From Centroscyllium fabricii (lineage: Eukaryota): a stretch of 64,000 nucleotides of DNA. The stretch covers positions 247,132,001-247,196,000 of the forward strand of contig JBNRSN020000007.1 in NCBI GenBank assembly GCA_051313645.2. The letters are read 5' to 3'. The notes under the pieces were generated by a model that did not search any database, had not been told where the DNA came from, and saw only the letters and a program-made list of their open reading frames with translations. A program made the translations under genes and the position numbers. Positions 1 to 12,790 of this stretch are shown one piece after another (position 1 is the first letter of the stretch; every line of letters starts with the position of its first letter).

Positions 1-539
1 TCCGATTTTAAGTTAATTTACCTGTTTCAAATCGCTAATTTTTAAAGTTAAATTTCTGAAATTTTTAACTATCTAGCTATTGTAAAACAGCTAAGAGAAA
101 AAATGGCAGACTTACCTAGCGTTTCTTCCTCTGAGAAGCTGCTGTGCCCGCGCTGCTCCCCGCCGAGTCTGAGTGCAGCTCCGCACTTCCCTGCTCTCAC
201 AAAGGTCCGACTTGGGATCTGTGCGCATTTTTAAATTTAAATTAGGGATCTGGGGGCGTTTTTTATTTAAATTTGGGATCTGTGGGCGGGGCATACACTG
301 CGCACCTAGCGTGGCTGGACTGCCACGCAGCGCAGGAACGGGGAGGAAAGTCAGGGAGCAACTTCTGTGCGATGTTGGTGCGTGCGATAGGTGTCCGCAG
401 GGTCCTAGCGCACGCACCAACCTGCACAGAGGAAATTCTGGCCCCATGTGTGCTGACGTAAAGTATTTGATATATTTCAGATCAGCTGGTTGTATGACCT
501 AGAATTAAAACCTATGATAAATACACCAACCGTACTATA

Positions 540-845
540 AGATGAGCTGTTAAACCATCTGCCTTGTCGGGTGGGCATAAAAGATCCCATGGCTCCACTC
601 GAAGAAGAGCAGGGGAGTTCTTTCTCCCTGATGTCCTGGCCAATATTTATTCCTCAACCAACCTCATTATAAACAGATTATCTGGTCATTATCACATTGC
701 TGTTAGTGGGATTTTTTCGTGTGCAAGTTGGCAATCATGTTTCCTTATATTACAACAGTGACTACTCTTCAATAGTACTTTATTGGCTGTGAAGTGCATT
801 GGGTTGCCCTGAGGTTGTGAAAGGCACTATATAAATGCAAGTTTG
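540..845 (+). mobile_element. Deu-domain SINE remnant (SacSINE1/AmnSINE-like)
   Basis: Contains AAAGATCCCATGGC..GAAGAAGAGCAGGGGAGTTCT..GTCCTGGCCAATATTTAT..GATTATCTGGTCATTATCACATTGCTGTT, recognised from memory as the DeuSINE central domain. Related copy at ~34105-34305. Confidence 0.6.
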
Positions 846-1999
846 TTCTTCTTTACAAACTAACAGTATAAACAACACAAAGACTTCTCAAGTAATGAAA
901 GCTATCTTTCTGACTGCATTTTGAGTTGCCTAGTGTGACATAGTACTATTCTTAATCATTCGTTCTGACTAATGACATTGTATGCAAGACAATTCCACTA
1001 ATATTCTTTGACTTTGATTACTATTACTATTGGTGTCAGCCTTGGATTTGAGAGTTGGGTGCATGCCATGTAGACAAATGGAAGGTTACATGGTTTTTGT
1101 ATGGACGTGATTGAAAATGTAATAAAAATTTCTCTCAGCTTGAGAGATTGAGAACTGTGGTCATTAACATATATGTAATAAAAGTCACAAGTTATAAAGA
1201 CTAAGCACTTAATACTTTAACCTTTAGCACACAGCACAGAAAGAAAGTCACTGCAAATTTCAAATCTTTGAAACTAACATTTATTTGTTTCTGTCCTAGT
1301 TAGCTTTATTTTGTTGTAATATGTATATTTCATCAGTGGAAAAACTATCTAGGTCCACTTTTAGGTGATTGGGCATTGTTACCAATTCTTATTGTGTAAG
1401 ACTCCAGTATTTTGTTAGTCATAACTTCATTCAGTATTTGTTCATTCATGTTTTACAGTTCTAGTTAGCTCCTCCCCTGCCACATGAGTGCACTTCACCT
1501 ACTTCATATAAAAAGGGGGGAAATCCCTACTAAGATTAAATCTTAAAGTAGAGGTGAGAATTAACTGGAAAAACGCAAACAAGTGATCATTATTTAACAT
1601 TTTGATGAATTTATGAAATTATTAAAGGATAAAATATTGCAGGTGGATTAACATCAGCCCTGTGTGTAGAAGCTTCTGATTGGCGCTGTAGAGGAATAGC
1701 TTGTTTTTGTAGCTCTTTTCTTGTGAATTAATTGGACTCTTGTGAATTTTTATGCTCATCAAAGTGATGGGCGGATGTTTTCACATTTCAAGCACCGGTG
1801 CCCTCAATCCACTCTTCGGTTAGATGCACTGAGACTCGATGTGTTCTGCCCAAATGATCTACCCAACCTCCGAAGAACATCTACCGTGGCAGTGTGCAAC
1901 AGGTGGCTCACAGGCCAAATCCAGCACACCAGCTCCTTTCACCCAGCCCCGCTGCTTCTATTAAATGCACTAAGCCAGTTCCAACTATTGGTTCCAACA

Positions 2000-2152
2000 G
2001 CAAAATACTGCGGATGCTGGAAATCTGAAACAACAGCAGAAAATGCTGGAAATACTCAGCAGGCCAGGCAGCATCCGTGGAGAGTTAATTCTCCAGCCTT
2101 TTCAAGTTCTGATGAAGGGTCCCAGACCTGAAATGTTAACTCTGTTTCTCTC
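2000..2152 (+). mobile_element. Penelope-derived short repeat with minimal hammerhead motif
   Basis: GGATGCTGGAAATCTG..AAATGCTGGAAATACTCAGCAGG arm followed by CTGATGA(2109)-stem-GAAA(2130). Related pieces at 22035-22205, 53415-53490 and 21180-21218 (minus). Confidence 0.6.
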
Positions 2153-2258
2153 CAACTATTGGTTCCTTTCACTGGCAGCTGAAACTAATTGTAGTTAAAA
2201 TCAGTTTTGTGTGCTTATTATGAGAAGAACTGGGCCCCATGTAATGACTCCGCTGAAG

Positions 2259-3152
2259 TCATAGAACATATTAGAACATACAGCACTGTACAGGCCCCTG
2301 GGCCCTCAATGTAGTGCCGCGCTTAGTCCGTCTCTGATTTTTCCTGTCCCCCCTACTCTTCCTTCCCCTCCATGTACCTATCTATCGTCCTTTTAAAAGC
2401 TCCCAGACTGTCCGCATCCACTATTTCAGATGGTAGCCTATTCCACTCCCCGACCACACTCTGTGTAAAGAACTTGCCCCTGCCATCCCTTCTGAATCTT
2501 TCTCCTTGAATCTTGTGTTCGTGCCCTCTTGTTGTCGTTCTTCCCACCCGGGGAAACAGTCTCTGCACGTTTACTCTATCGAACCCCTTCATCATCTTAA
2601 ACATCTCTATTAAGTCCCCCCTCTTCTTTCTCCGCTCCAGGGAGAAGAGTCCCAGCTCCCTCAACCTCTCCTCGTACGACTTTCCCCCCATTCCCGGCAG
2701 CATCCTGGCGAATCTCCTCTGTACCCTCTCCAACGCCTCCACATCCCTCCTGTAGTACGGTGCCCAGAACTGCGCACAGTACTCCAAGTATGGTCTCACC
2801 AGTGACCTGTACAGCTGTAGCATGACCTCCTGGTTCTTAAACTCTATTCCCCTGTTGATGAAGGCCAATACACCATAGGCCCTTTTTACTGCCTTATCCA
2901 CCTGGGTGGCAGCCTTCAATGATCTGTGTACATATACTCCCAGATCCCTTTGCTTCTCTGCTTCGCTCAGGACCCTGCCGTTGACCCTATATTCCCTATT
3001 CCTATTTGCCCTACCGAAGTGTATCACCTCGCATTTCCCCGTGTTGAACTCCATTTGCCATTCTTCAGCCCAGCTCTGCATCCTATCTATATCCCTCTGA
3101 AGCCTTCTACTTCCTTCCTCCTCGTCCACTACTCCCCCAATCTTTGTGTCCT
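2259..3152 (-). mobile_element. 5'-truncated CR1 LINE (RT C-terminus)
   Basis: ORF 2353-3129 has WQMEFN..KCEVIHFG, LVRPYLEYCAQFWAP and LERVQRRF motifs. Short-repeat tail ATAGAACAT at the left end. Confidence 0.9.
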
Positions 3153-4257
3153 TTTAAAGTTTTAAATGTCGTGAACCTGGAGGACTCAAAAAAGGCTGCT
3201 TTCTGATTTGCTGATCCAATTACTGCTCCAGCTTCATTTAGAGGGGGAGGAGTGTTCTGGGGGGGGGGGGGGATTGTTGGTGATGGGAGGGGTCCTTTGA
3301 ATTTTTTCTCTGTGGGGTCTCACTTTTTTTGTTGGATGGGACATCTCCATTTTTTTGCGTGAATGGTGCTTTTTTTGTGTTATGGGAATGTTTGAATTTT
3401 GAATCCATTTGAAGTTTAAATTAGGACTTGCATTTCTGCAAAATACTGCAACCCACTCGCTGGGTTTACACTAGCATCCAGTTCCCAAAGGTTAGACGTT
3501 CTCATTTTCCATACTGACCAGACTGTTGCCTCTTTGAGTAAGGATACTAATTAGAAAAGAAAGCAGTACACAACCAATTAATTACTTTTGAAGAGCGATC
3601 ATTGTTACATAGGCATAGCCAAATTCAAGTTAGTTTTCAGTTGTGGTCTTGTGCTGACTTGGAACTGGATTGAGATTGTCCAAACTAATTTTATATTGAA
3701 TCCTTATAACCAAGCTAGTGGACAGAAGAGACTTTCTACCCCATTTATGTGGGTGTATTTATATAATCCCAGATGCATTGTTGGTTCTCAAATAACTTTC
3801 CTAAAATGAAATTTAATAAAGTTTATACTTCAAATGTGGAGCAAGCACAAGACTATATTTACCTTGTTTCTCTTTCCTCCCCCAGTTATTCTGACTCTAT
3901 ATGTAGTCTGGAAATTTGCAACATGATCATTCTTTCCTCCCCAAGCATAAATAAAGGTCCTGAATTTAGACCATGAAATACTAGCTAGCAAGCGGGCATT
4001 GTGCATTCATTTGAAATTCCCTTTTACTATTTTAGAACGGGTCTTGACCAAGTTAATTTAAGCAAGTTAATGCCTCTGCTGAACTAGCATAAAGAAGAAT
4101 TTCAGACTAATGCGAGTATTTCTTGGTGTGATTTTTTTTTTTTAGGGCCAACTTCTGAAGGATTCTCCCATGTATATTTTTCTTGGTTACATAATATTAT
4201 TGACTGCAATGTTAAAGCCTAGACTAAGTATATAGGTGCTGTAAAGGATTAGTAGTA

Positions 4258-4994
4258 CAGGTTGAGCACCAGTAATCCGTTACCCAAAAAACCGGCAGCT
4301 TCGAACGTCCGGCAATAATTCCCCCGACTGCGCCGCGAATGCGCAAAATGGCCGCCGCGATTGATGCTTCGGTGACTATGCGCAGATCAAACGATGAGCG
4401 CATGCGCAGATCATTCACTGGCCCTCTGAGCCCAGCCCTGCCTGTCCGAGCCCTGCCGGCCTCTCCGAGCCCCGCCCAGCCTCTCCCGAGTCCAGCCTCT
4501 CCAAGCCCAGCCCAGCCCCGCCTTTTCGAGCCCAGCCCCACCTCTCCGAGCCCCGCCCAGCACCTTCGAGCCCAGCCCCACCTCTCCGAGTCCAGCCCCG
4601 CCCGGCCTCTCCGAGTCCAGCCCCGCCCGGCCTCTCCGAGTCCAGCCCCGCCCGGCCTCTCCGAGCCCAACCTCGCCTCTCCAAGCCCAGCCTCGCCTCT
4701 CCACGTCCCGCTCCACCTCGCCAAGCCCAGCCTCTCTGAACCAAGCCTAGCCTCACCTCTTGGAGCACAGCCTCGCGCCTCCGAGCCCAACCTCGCCGGG
4801 CCTCTCCGAGGCGATCCCGGGCCTCCCCAAACGACAAGCGCATGCGCAGACCACTCAAAATGGCCGCCAGCCTTTCGCGGTGGCCATTTTGAATGGTCTG
4901 CGCATGCGCTCACCGAAGCTTCAATCATTCGGGATTTTCACTTTCCCGGCACGGGCCTGGTCCCGCTCGTGCCGGATTAACGGTGCTCAACCTG
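4258..4994. mobile_element. Tc1/mariner (Tigger/pogo-like) MITE with internal GC-rich minisatellite
   Basis: TA|CAGGTTGAGCACC ... GGTGCTCAACCTG|TA TIRs and TA TSD. Degenerate CTCTCCGAGCCCAGCC repeats at ~4420-4810. Confidence 0.9.
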
Positions 4995-5224
4995 TACTGG
5001 AATATACAGCGTTACTTGGGTTAATTGAACTCTTTCCCACTCACCCCTCCCCAATAATTGGCTGAACTGATGGGTTCAATCCACTGGTGGTGTCTAATGT
5101 TTCATTAAACACACATTGGAACAAGTAACTTGGTGTTAACAAATATAAAGTCTGTTTGGTATTTTCTGATGTTTACAGATAGTAAGTAAGTAAGTAGGCC
5201 CAATTGATACATTAACTGATATAA

Positions 5225-5979
5225 AGGGGCTGTCACACCTTGACGTTTTAGCCAGCGTATGCAAATTTGGCTAAAACGCTGGTTTACGTCGGATACGTTA
5301 TGGGTACGTTTTGTATACGTTATGAGTACGCTGGCCATACGTTGCATACGTCGTTGTACTTCGAGTAAGTCGAGATTTTTTGAGCATGCACAAAAAATCT
5401 CGACGTATCTAGCGTATGATTCACATGTTCCGCATACGCTGGCCATACGTTGTAGGCACGTTAGGCGATCGTTGACACACGTTACTTGTAAGTTAGTCAT
5501 ACGTTAAAATACGTCGAGATAATGTCTAGCGTACCCGGAACTTATGTCTAACCTATGAGTAACGTGCTTTGAACCTATGTGTAACGTATCTCCAACGCAT
5601 ATTGACGTATTTGACGTCTTCCGGACGACCACAGAACTTATGCCCCTGTCATGCCCTGTCACACCTTGACGATTTAGCTAGCGTATGCCGACGTATCAAA
5701 ATTTATCTAAAACGTCGGCGATACGCTGCCGCGCGCTATGCATACGTTAGACTATCGTTGGGCATAAGTTGTGAACGCCGACAACACGCTAAGCATTCGT
5801 TGGTATAAGTTATCTGTAAGTTATCGATACGTTCTGTGTACATTACTAATACGTTATGCATACGTCCAACTCGTTATGAATACGCTATTATACGCCCAAA
5901 ACTGAAAAAAAGGTCAAAAGTTCAGTGTTTTAGCCAAATTTGCATACGCTGGCTAAAACGTCAAGGTGTGACAGGGCCT
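5225..5979. mobile_element. PIF/Harbinger-type MITE
   Basis: ~55-bp TIRs (AGGGGCTGTCACACCTTGACGTTTTAGCCAGCGTATGCAAATTTGGCTAAAAC and its reverse complement). TAA TSD at 5222-5224 and 5980-5982. Many internal CATACG/CGTATG motifs. Confidence 0.85.
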
Positions 5980-6849
5980 TAAGTCAGGTCGTTTTGCACT
6001 AATTCAGTTTTAAAACTACTCGTGCTTTTGTTTATATATTTGCTAGCTATTCACTGTGGTCAGTGTACCAATCAATTCAAGGGCAGTGCTCATAAAATGA
6101 ATGCTGATGCATACTAAATTACTGAATGTTATATGTTGTAAGTGTTTCAGATTATCAGACCCAAGAGTCTGCAACTGTATTGATAAGTTGTTGACTTACT
6201 AATATGCTGCTCTAGAACCCATACTAAAAATGGCATCAAAAGCAAAATACAGCGGCTGCTGGAAATCTGAAACCGATGAAGTAGTTCCATGATTCTGTTG
6301 TCTAGTAGGATGTGAATGAAGTTGAAATGTTATCAGGCATCATAATACAGCTTTAAAGCAAACTTTTCCTGATTTGGATCCTGGCCAGTTTTTTTTTTCC
6401 AAATCCTCTTGTCCAGCAATAGAGTGTTGTATTATGCAGTAAGGCTTTTCAAATTGGCTGACTAAAATAGTTTGTGGACAGATAACTTATTATATTGCAA
6501 CTGACCCAGAAAGACTAAGCAAATATCTAAATGTCTAAAGATGGCTATGTTGAAAGAAAATATGATTTAAAATTAAATTAAACAATGGTTTCTAGTTGAT
6601 GCATCTTGCTAGTGGTCAATAGTTACAAGGAAGAACAAATATAACTTCCTGTTGAAGAGGGTACTTGATGTCCAAATGGGTCATCCAATAAGCACAACCA
6701 TTTTTGCATAGCCTTGTGGTTATTAAATGCTATATATTGGGGGCTGTAATAAAAATGAAACCGTATTACAGAAGATATTTCCTTTCTTGTATGAAACTTG
6801 ATACGTTGTAAAAAAAAAATACAGGGTACCAGCATTTTTAAAAATCATT

Positions 6850-7160
6850 CTTTGGATTGTGGGTGTCGTTAGTAAGGTGGGCATTTATTGCCCATCACTC
6901 GGTTGCCCTGAGTTTGATGCAACTGAGTGCTTTGCTGGGCCTCTTCAGTGGGCAGTTAAGAGTCAACCATATTGGTGTGGGCCTTGCCTAAAGGACATTC
7001 ATGAACCAGTTGGGCTTTTTACAATAATCCCAACAGCTTCATGGTCACTTTAACTGATACCATTTTTAAAACAATTCGAATTCTTAAAGTGCCATGGTGG
7101 GATTTGAATTTGTACCCCCTGGATTATCAGACCAGGCCTCTATTGTTGAACTAACCTAAC
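6850..7160 (-). mobile_element. degenerate SINE/LINE-tail repeat
   Basis: B-box-like GGTGGGATTTGAA on the opposite strand plus repeat-like body; family not resolved. Confidence 0.35.
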
Positions 7161-7174
7161 CACTGCACAACTGT

Positions 7175-8433
7175 TCTCCTCTTCTTAGGCAGTCCCTTGG
7201 AATCGAGGATGACTTGCTTGCTTAAAAATGAGTTCTCAGGTGACTGATGAGTCCAATGCGGAACCTACAGTCTCTGTCGCAGGTGGGGCAGACGGTAGTT
7301 GAAGGGGTGGCTGGGTGGAGTGCTTGGGTTGATGTGCGCTCCTTCCGCTGTTTGCGCTTGGCTTCCGCTTGCTCCCGACGAAGAGACTCGGTGTTCGGCA
7401 CCTTCCTGGATGCTTCTCCTCCACTTGGTGTGGTCTAAGGCCAGGGATTCCCAGGTGTCGGTGGGGATGTTACACTTTTTCAAGGAGGCTTGGAGGGTGT
7501 CCTTGAAGCGTTTCCTCTGCCCACCTGGGGCCCTCTTGCCATGCCGGAGCTCCGAGTAGAGCGCTTGTTTTGGGAGTCTCGTATCGGGCATGCGGACAAT
7601 GTGACCCGTCCATCGGAACTGATCGAGCGTGGTCAAAGCTTCGATGCTAGGGATGTTGGCCTGAGCGAGAACACTGACGTTGGTGCGCCTATCCTGCCAA
7701 TGGATTTGCAGGATCTTGCAGAGGCAGCGTTGGTGGTACCTCTCCAGTGCTTTGAGGTGCCTGCTGTACATGGTCCATGTCTCTGAGGCATGTCTCCCAG
7801 TGGCCGAAGATCTCCTCCCAGAGTCGCAATGCGGATTCCGCCCACTAAGGGGCACAATGGACGTGATCTTCACTGCACGGCAATTATAAGAGAAATGCAG
7901 GGAACAGCACCAACCGCTGTACATGGCGCCTTTGATCTCACAAAGACCTTCGATTCAGGGCGGCACGGTGGCATAGTTGTTAGCACTGTTGCCTCACTGC
8001 GCTAGGGGCCCGAGTTCAAATCCGGCCTTGGGTGACTATCTGTGTGGAGTTTGCACATTCTCCCCGTGTCTGCGTGGGTTTCCTCCGGGTGCTCCGGTTT
8101 CCTCCCACAGTCCAAAGATGTGCGGGTTAGGTTGATTGACCATGATAAATTAACCCTTAGTGTTAGGGGGATTAAATATGTGGGGGTTATGGGGGTAGGG
8201 TGTGATTTGTGTCGGTGCAGACTCGATGGGCCGAAATGGCCTCTATCTGCACTGTAGGGATTCTATGATCCGGTCAACCGTGAGGGATTATGTAGTGTGC
8301 TCCTCAAATTCGGCTGCCCTCAAAAGTTTGTCGCCATCTTCAGCCTGCTTCATGATGACATGCAAGCCGTGATCCTGACCAACGGTTCCACCACAGACCC
8401 AATTCATGTACGAACTGGGGTCAAGCAAGGCTG
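7175..8433 (-). mobile_element. RTE-clade (BovB-like) LINE with 5' inversion
   Basis: Minus part 7175-~7790 encodes RTE RT C-terminus (ALERYHQRCL..WQDRRTN..GHIVRMPDTRLPKQ). Plus part ~7790-8433 encodes PESQCGFRP..DVIFTARQL..GVKQGC. TSD TGCACAACT(G/A)T at 7164-7174 and 8434-8444. Confidence 0.85.
7958..8269 (+). mobile_element. tRNA-derived V-SINE (HE1-like), nested in the RTE element
   Basis: GGGCGGCACGGTGGCATAGTTG A-box head, GAGTTCAAATCC B-box, V-domain GTGGAGTTTGCACATTCTCCCCGTGTCTGCGTGGGTTTCCTCCGGGTGCTCCGGTTTCCTCCCACA. Confidence 0.9.
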
Positions 8434-11400
8434 TGCACAACTATACTCATACAGGTACCTGAACATTTGTCTAACTATTGGTTGTGAACAAATGAACAGC
8501 TGCTAGTGAAACACAGTAGTGTTCATAATGGCAGGACTGGTTTAACCACTCTCTGCATTTTTCTCCAAAAAGAATGTTGCCATATTCCGGGGTGGGGGTG
8601 GAAGGATCTCAAAATTAACTTGCATTGTCTGACTTGTAATAGGAAGTGGATACTGTAAAATTGCATTCACATGCTGGCACTGCAAAAATAACTACAAGGA
8701 GTGTAAGATTTATCTCTGGTTTTTAGGTTGCCATTGTTTTTGTCTAGATATTTTGTAAATCAAATATGCAACTTTTTTTAATTTAATGAATGTAATTGCG
8801 GAATGTAGTTTAATGATGTATGTGCATGTGTGTGTGTCTCTATTGCTACATTTACTAATATTGCAGTGTATTTAATTGAAAAGCCTGCATTTATGTGGGA
8901 AGCTTGCATTAGGAATGCACCTCCAATAGCAACCTTGCATTGTTTAATGTTGCTGTTGGCTTTTTCCAGGGCCGGCAGCTCTGCCACCTCAGTAGCCATG
9001 AGCAGTACACTTTTTAAAAACCTGGATAGAAAAAGATAAGCTTTGTTTGCTTGCTGTGAAATGTGTTCATATGTTGTATAGAAACTTGAAATTTGCCTGC
9101 TTTATAGAAAGGATTTTCTGTTCCTGGTCCCAAGTATTTTAATCCCTTGGAGGTTCTGGGAAGAGGGGGTGGATGTGTGAAGAAAGAGAGAAAGGTAAAC
9201 TCTTCCCTGGGGACTTGATGTGTCATCCTGGCTATTTTCAACCAGCTGTTGATTTGAGTGGCTTCAGCAGTGACCTGGGAATAGATTACCTGCCTGCCGT
9301 CTTGCCTATGGAATGCAGCAACATTTTTGGCGGTGTGGGGGGAGCAGGCAAGTCTGTTTAATTTATGAATGAGAGTTAAAGTGAATATAACATATGGTGG
9401 GAATTCATTGTGCTTCATCATTATCTCGCACACTTATTTAGCGTTGAAACTGGGAACGCCTGGTGCTGATGCACGCGCAACAAGTGATGAAATAGACGCC
9501 ACATTTTTTAACTTTGCTGCCAAAAATGTTTTAGAAAAATCACCCTTGTAGATTTGGCAGGTAAATCTACAAGTGTGTGTTGGAAATGGGCAGTTTCACT
9601 TGCCGGCAATGCACACTGTCCACAATTTTCTGTTAATTGCTTGAGGAAAGCAAAGTTCCCTGTCGCAACCGTGTGCTCGAAAAATCGGCTCTTTGATATT
9701 AACAGTTTTATTTTCTCAACATTTTGACTGCTTCTTGACTTTCCAGTGTTTTATTGGTTCTTTCTTCACTGGGGGAGTTTTGTGAGTATTGCTGACATTT
9801 CAGTGCTATTCTCTATTGTTTTTAATATTGGCCCGTATTTTCCGATGCCTATGGGTGTGCACATGGAAACATAGATAGGAGCAGGAGTAGGCCATTTGGC
9901 CCCTCGAACCTGCTCTGCCGGGTAATGAGATCATGGCTGATCATCCAAATTCAGTACCCTGTCCCTGCTTTCTCCCCATATCCCTTGATCCCTTTAGCCT
10001 TAAGAAATATATCTAACTCCTTAAATATATTTAATGAATTGGCCTCAACTGCCTTCTGTGGTAGAGAATTCCTCAGGTTTACCACTCTCTGGGTGAAGAA
10101 ATTCCTCCTCATCCCTGTCCTAAATGGTTTACCTCTTATCCTTAGACTGTGACACCTGGTTCTGGACTCCCCCGCCATCGGGAACATTCTTCCTGCATCT
10201 AGTCTGTCTAGACCTGTTAGAATTTTATAAGTTTCGATGAGATCCCCTCTCATTCTTCTAAACTCCAGCAAATATAAGCCCAACCGACCCAATCTCTCCT
10301 CATACGTCATTCCTGCCATCCCAGGTATCAGTCTGGCGAATCTTTGCTACACTCCCTCCATGGCAAGAACATCCTTCCTCGGATAAGGCGACCAAAACTG
10401 CACACAATACTCAAGGTGTGGTCTCACCAAGGCCCTGTACAATTGCAGCAAGACATCCTTGTTCCTGTACTCGAACCCTCTCGCTATGAAAGCCAACATA
10501 CCATTTGCCTTCTTAACCACCTGCTGCACCTGCATGCTTACCTTCAGCGACTGGTGCACAAGGACACCCAGGTCTCGTTGCACTTCCCCTTCTTCCAATC
10601 TATTGCCATTCAGATAATAATCTGCCTTCCTGTTTTTGCCACCAAAGTGGATAACCTCGCATTTATCTACATTATACTGCATCTGCCATGCATCTGCCCA
10701 TATAATCACCCAACCTGTCCAAATCATACTGGAGTTTCTCTGCATCCTCCTCACCGCACACATGCCCACCCAGCTTTGTGTCGTCTGCAACCTTGGAGAT
10801 ATTACATCTACTTCCCTCAACTAGATTATTAATATATATTGTGAATAGCTGGGGTCCTAGCACCGATCCCTGCGGTACCCCACTAGTCACTGCCTGCCAC
10901 TCTGAAAAGACCCGTTTATTCCAATTCTTTGCTTCCTGTCTGCCAACCAGTTCTATCCAACTCAGTACCTTATCCCCAATCCCATGTGGTTTAACTTTGC
11001 ACGCTAATCTCTTATGTGGGATCTTATCCAAAGCCTTCTGAAAGTCCAAATACACCACATCCACTGGTTCTCCCTTATCTATTCTACCAGTTACATCCTC
11101 AAAAAATTACAATAGATTAGTCAAGCATGATTTACCTTTTGTAAATCCATGTTGACTTTGTCTGATCCTGTCACTGTATTCCAACTGCTCTGCTATTACA
11201 TCTTTTATAATGGACTCTAGCATTTTCCCCACTATCAATGTCCGGCTTACCGGTCTATAATTCCCTGTTTTCTCTCTACCACCTTTTATAAATAGTGGGG
11301 TAACATTAGCTACCTGCCAATCTATGGGAACTGTTCCAGAGTCTATAGAATTTTGGAAGATGACCAGCAATGCATCTAATATTTCTAGGGCCACTTCCTT

Positions 11401-12365
11401 AAGTACCCTAGGATGTAGATTATCAGGCCCTGGGGATTTATCGGCATTCAATCCCATCAATTTCCCTACAAACACTGATTTCATTCAGTTCCTCCCTCTC
11501 ATTAGACCCTATGTTCCCTGACATCTCTGGGAGGTTATTTTTGTCCTCCTTTGTGAAGACAGAACCCAAGTATGTATTTAATTGGTCGGCCATTTCTTTG
11601 TTCCCCATTATAAATTCCCCCGATTTCTGACTGCAAGGGACCTACGCTTGACTTCACCAATCTTTTTTTCTTCACATATCTATAGAAGCTTTTACAGTCA
11701 GTTTTTATGTTCCCTGCAAGCTTTCCCCCTCTTAATTAATCCTTTTGTTTTCCTTTGCTGGATCCTAACTGCTCCCAATCCTCAGGTTTGCTGCTTTTTC
11801 TGACCAATTTATATGTGCTCTTCTTGGATCTTATGCTATCCCTAATTTCCCTTGTTAGTGACGGTTGCGCCACCTTGTTTTATTTTTATGCCAGACAAGG
11901 ATGAACAAATTCTGTAGTTCATCCATGCGATCTTTAAATGTTTGCCATTGCCTGTCCACCGCCAGCCCTTTAAGTAACATTCCCCAATCCATCCTAGCCA
12001 ACTCGTGGCTCATACCATCGTAGTTAACTTTATTTAAATCGGCATCATCAGAGCTAATATCTTTCCTTACGATTGTGTTACTCTCCTCTTTAACCAGCAA
12101 TGCTACCCCACCTCCTTTTCCTTTTTGCCTGTCCTTCCTGAATGTTGAATTCCCAGCCTTGGTCACCCTGGAGCCATGTCTTCGTAATCCCAACTATATC
12201 ATATCCATTCAGGGCGCGACTAAACCGCTTGCCCGGGGCAAGCAAAATGAGCCTTCGGGCAAGCAAAAGAAATTCGCACTTGCCCGACCGGGCAAGCGAT
12301 GTGCGGACATGACCCGAGCCTGCACAGTGGCCAGTTTCGGCAATAGCGCTGCGGGTGTGCGAGAG

Positions 12366-12790
12366 GGGGTGAAGAGGCGGACCGGCCGGCCGCGGGGTGA
12401 AGAGGCGGACCGGCCGGCCGCGGGGTGAAGAGGCGGACCGGCCGGCCGCGGGGTGAAGAGGCGGACCGGCCGGCCGCGGGGTGAAGAGGCGGACCGGCCG
12501 GCCGCGGGGTGAAGAGGCGGACCGGCCGGCCGCGGGGTGAAGAGGCGGACCGGCCGGCCGCGGGGTGAAGAGGCGGACCGGCCGGCCGCGGGGTGAAGAG
12601 GCGGACCGGCCGGCCGCGGGGTGAAGAGGCGGACCGGCCGGCCGCGGGGTGAAGAGGCGGACCGGCCGGCCGCGGGGTGAAGAGGCGGACCGGCCGGCCG
12701 CGGGGTGAAGAGGCGGACCGGCCGGCCGCGGGGTGAAGAGGCGGACCGGCCGGCCGCGGGGTGAAGAGGCGGACCGGCCGGCCGCGGGGT
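12366..12790. repeat. 28-bp GC-rich minisatellite, 15 copies
   Basis: Unit GGGGTGAAGAGGCGGACCGGCCGGCCGC; no variants seen by eye. Confidence 0.97.

Noticed and set aside
4224-4980. Several overlapping 100-234 aa ORFs
   Set aside because: They lie in a MITE minisatellite, are low complexity and have no transposase motifs; the same applies to ORFs in the other MITE copies.
7958-8030. tRNA gene
   Set aside because: A/B boxes belong to a SINE head that continues into a V-domain and LINE-like tail.
8970-9039. Possible exon (TTTTTCCAG acceptor, GCCATG, MSSTLFKNLDRKR)
   Set aside because: No GT donor (AG|ATAAGC), immediate stop and no recognisable protein.
12323-12350. CACAGTG as a RAG recombination signal
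   Set aside because: No nonamer at a 12- or 23-bp spacing.
12366-12790. CRISPR-like array or 194-aa protein
   Set aside because: Head-to-tail repeats with no spacers in eukaryotic DNA; the ORF is a by-product of a stop-free GC repeat.
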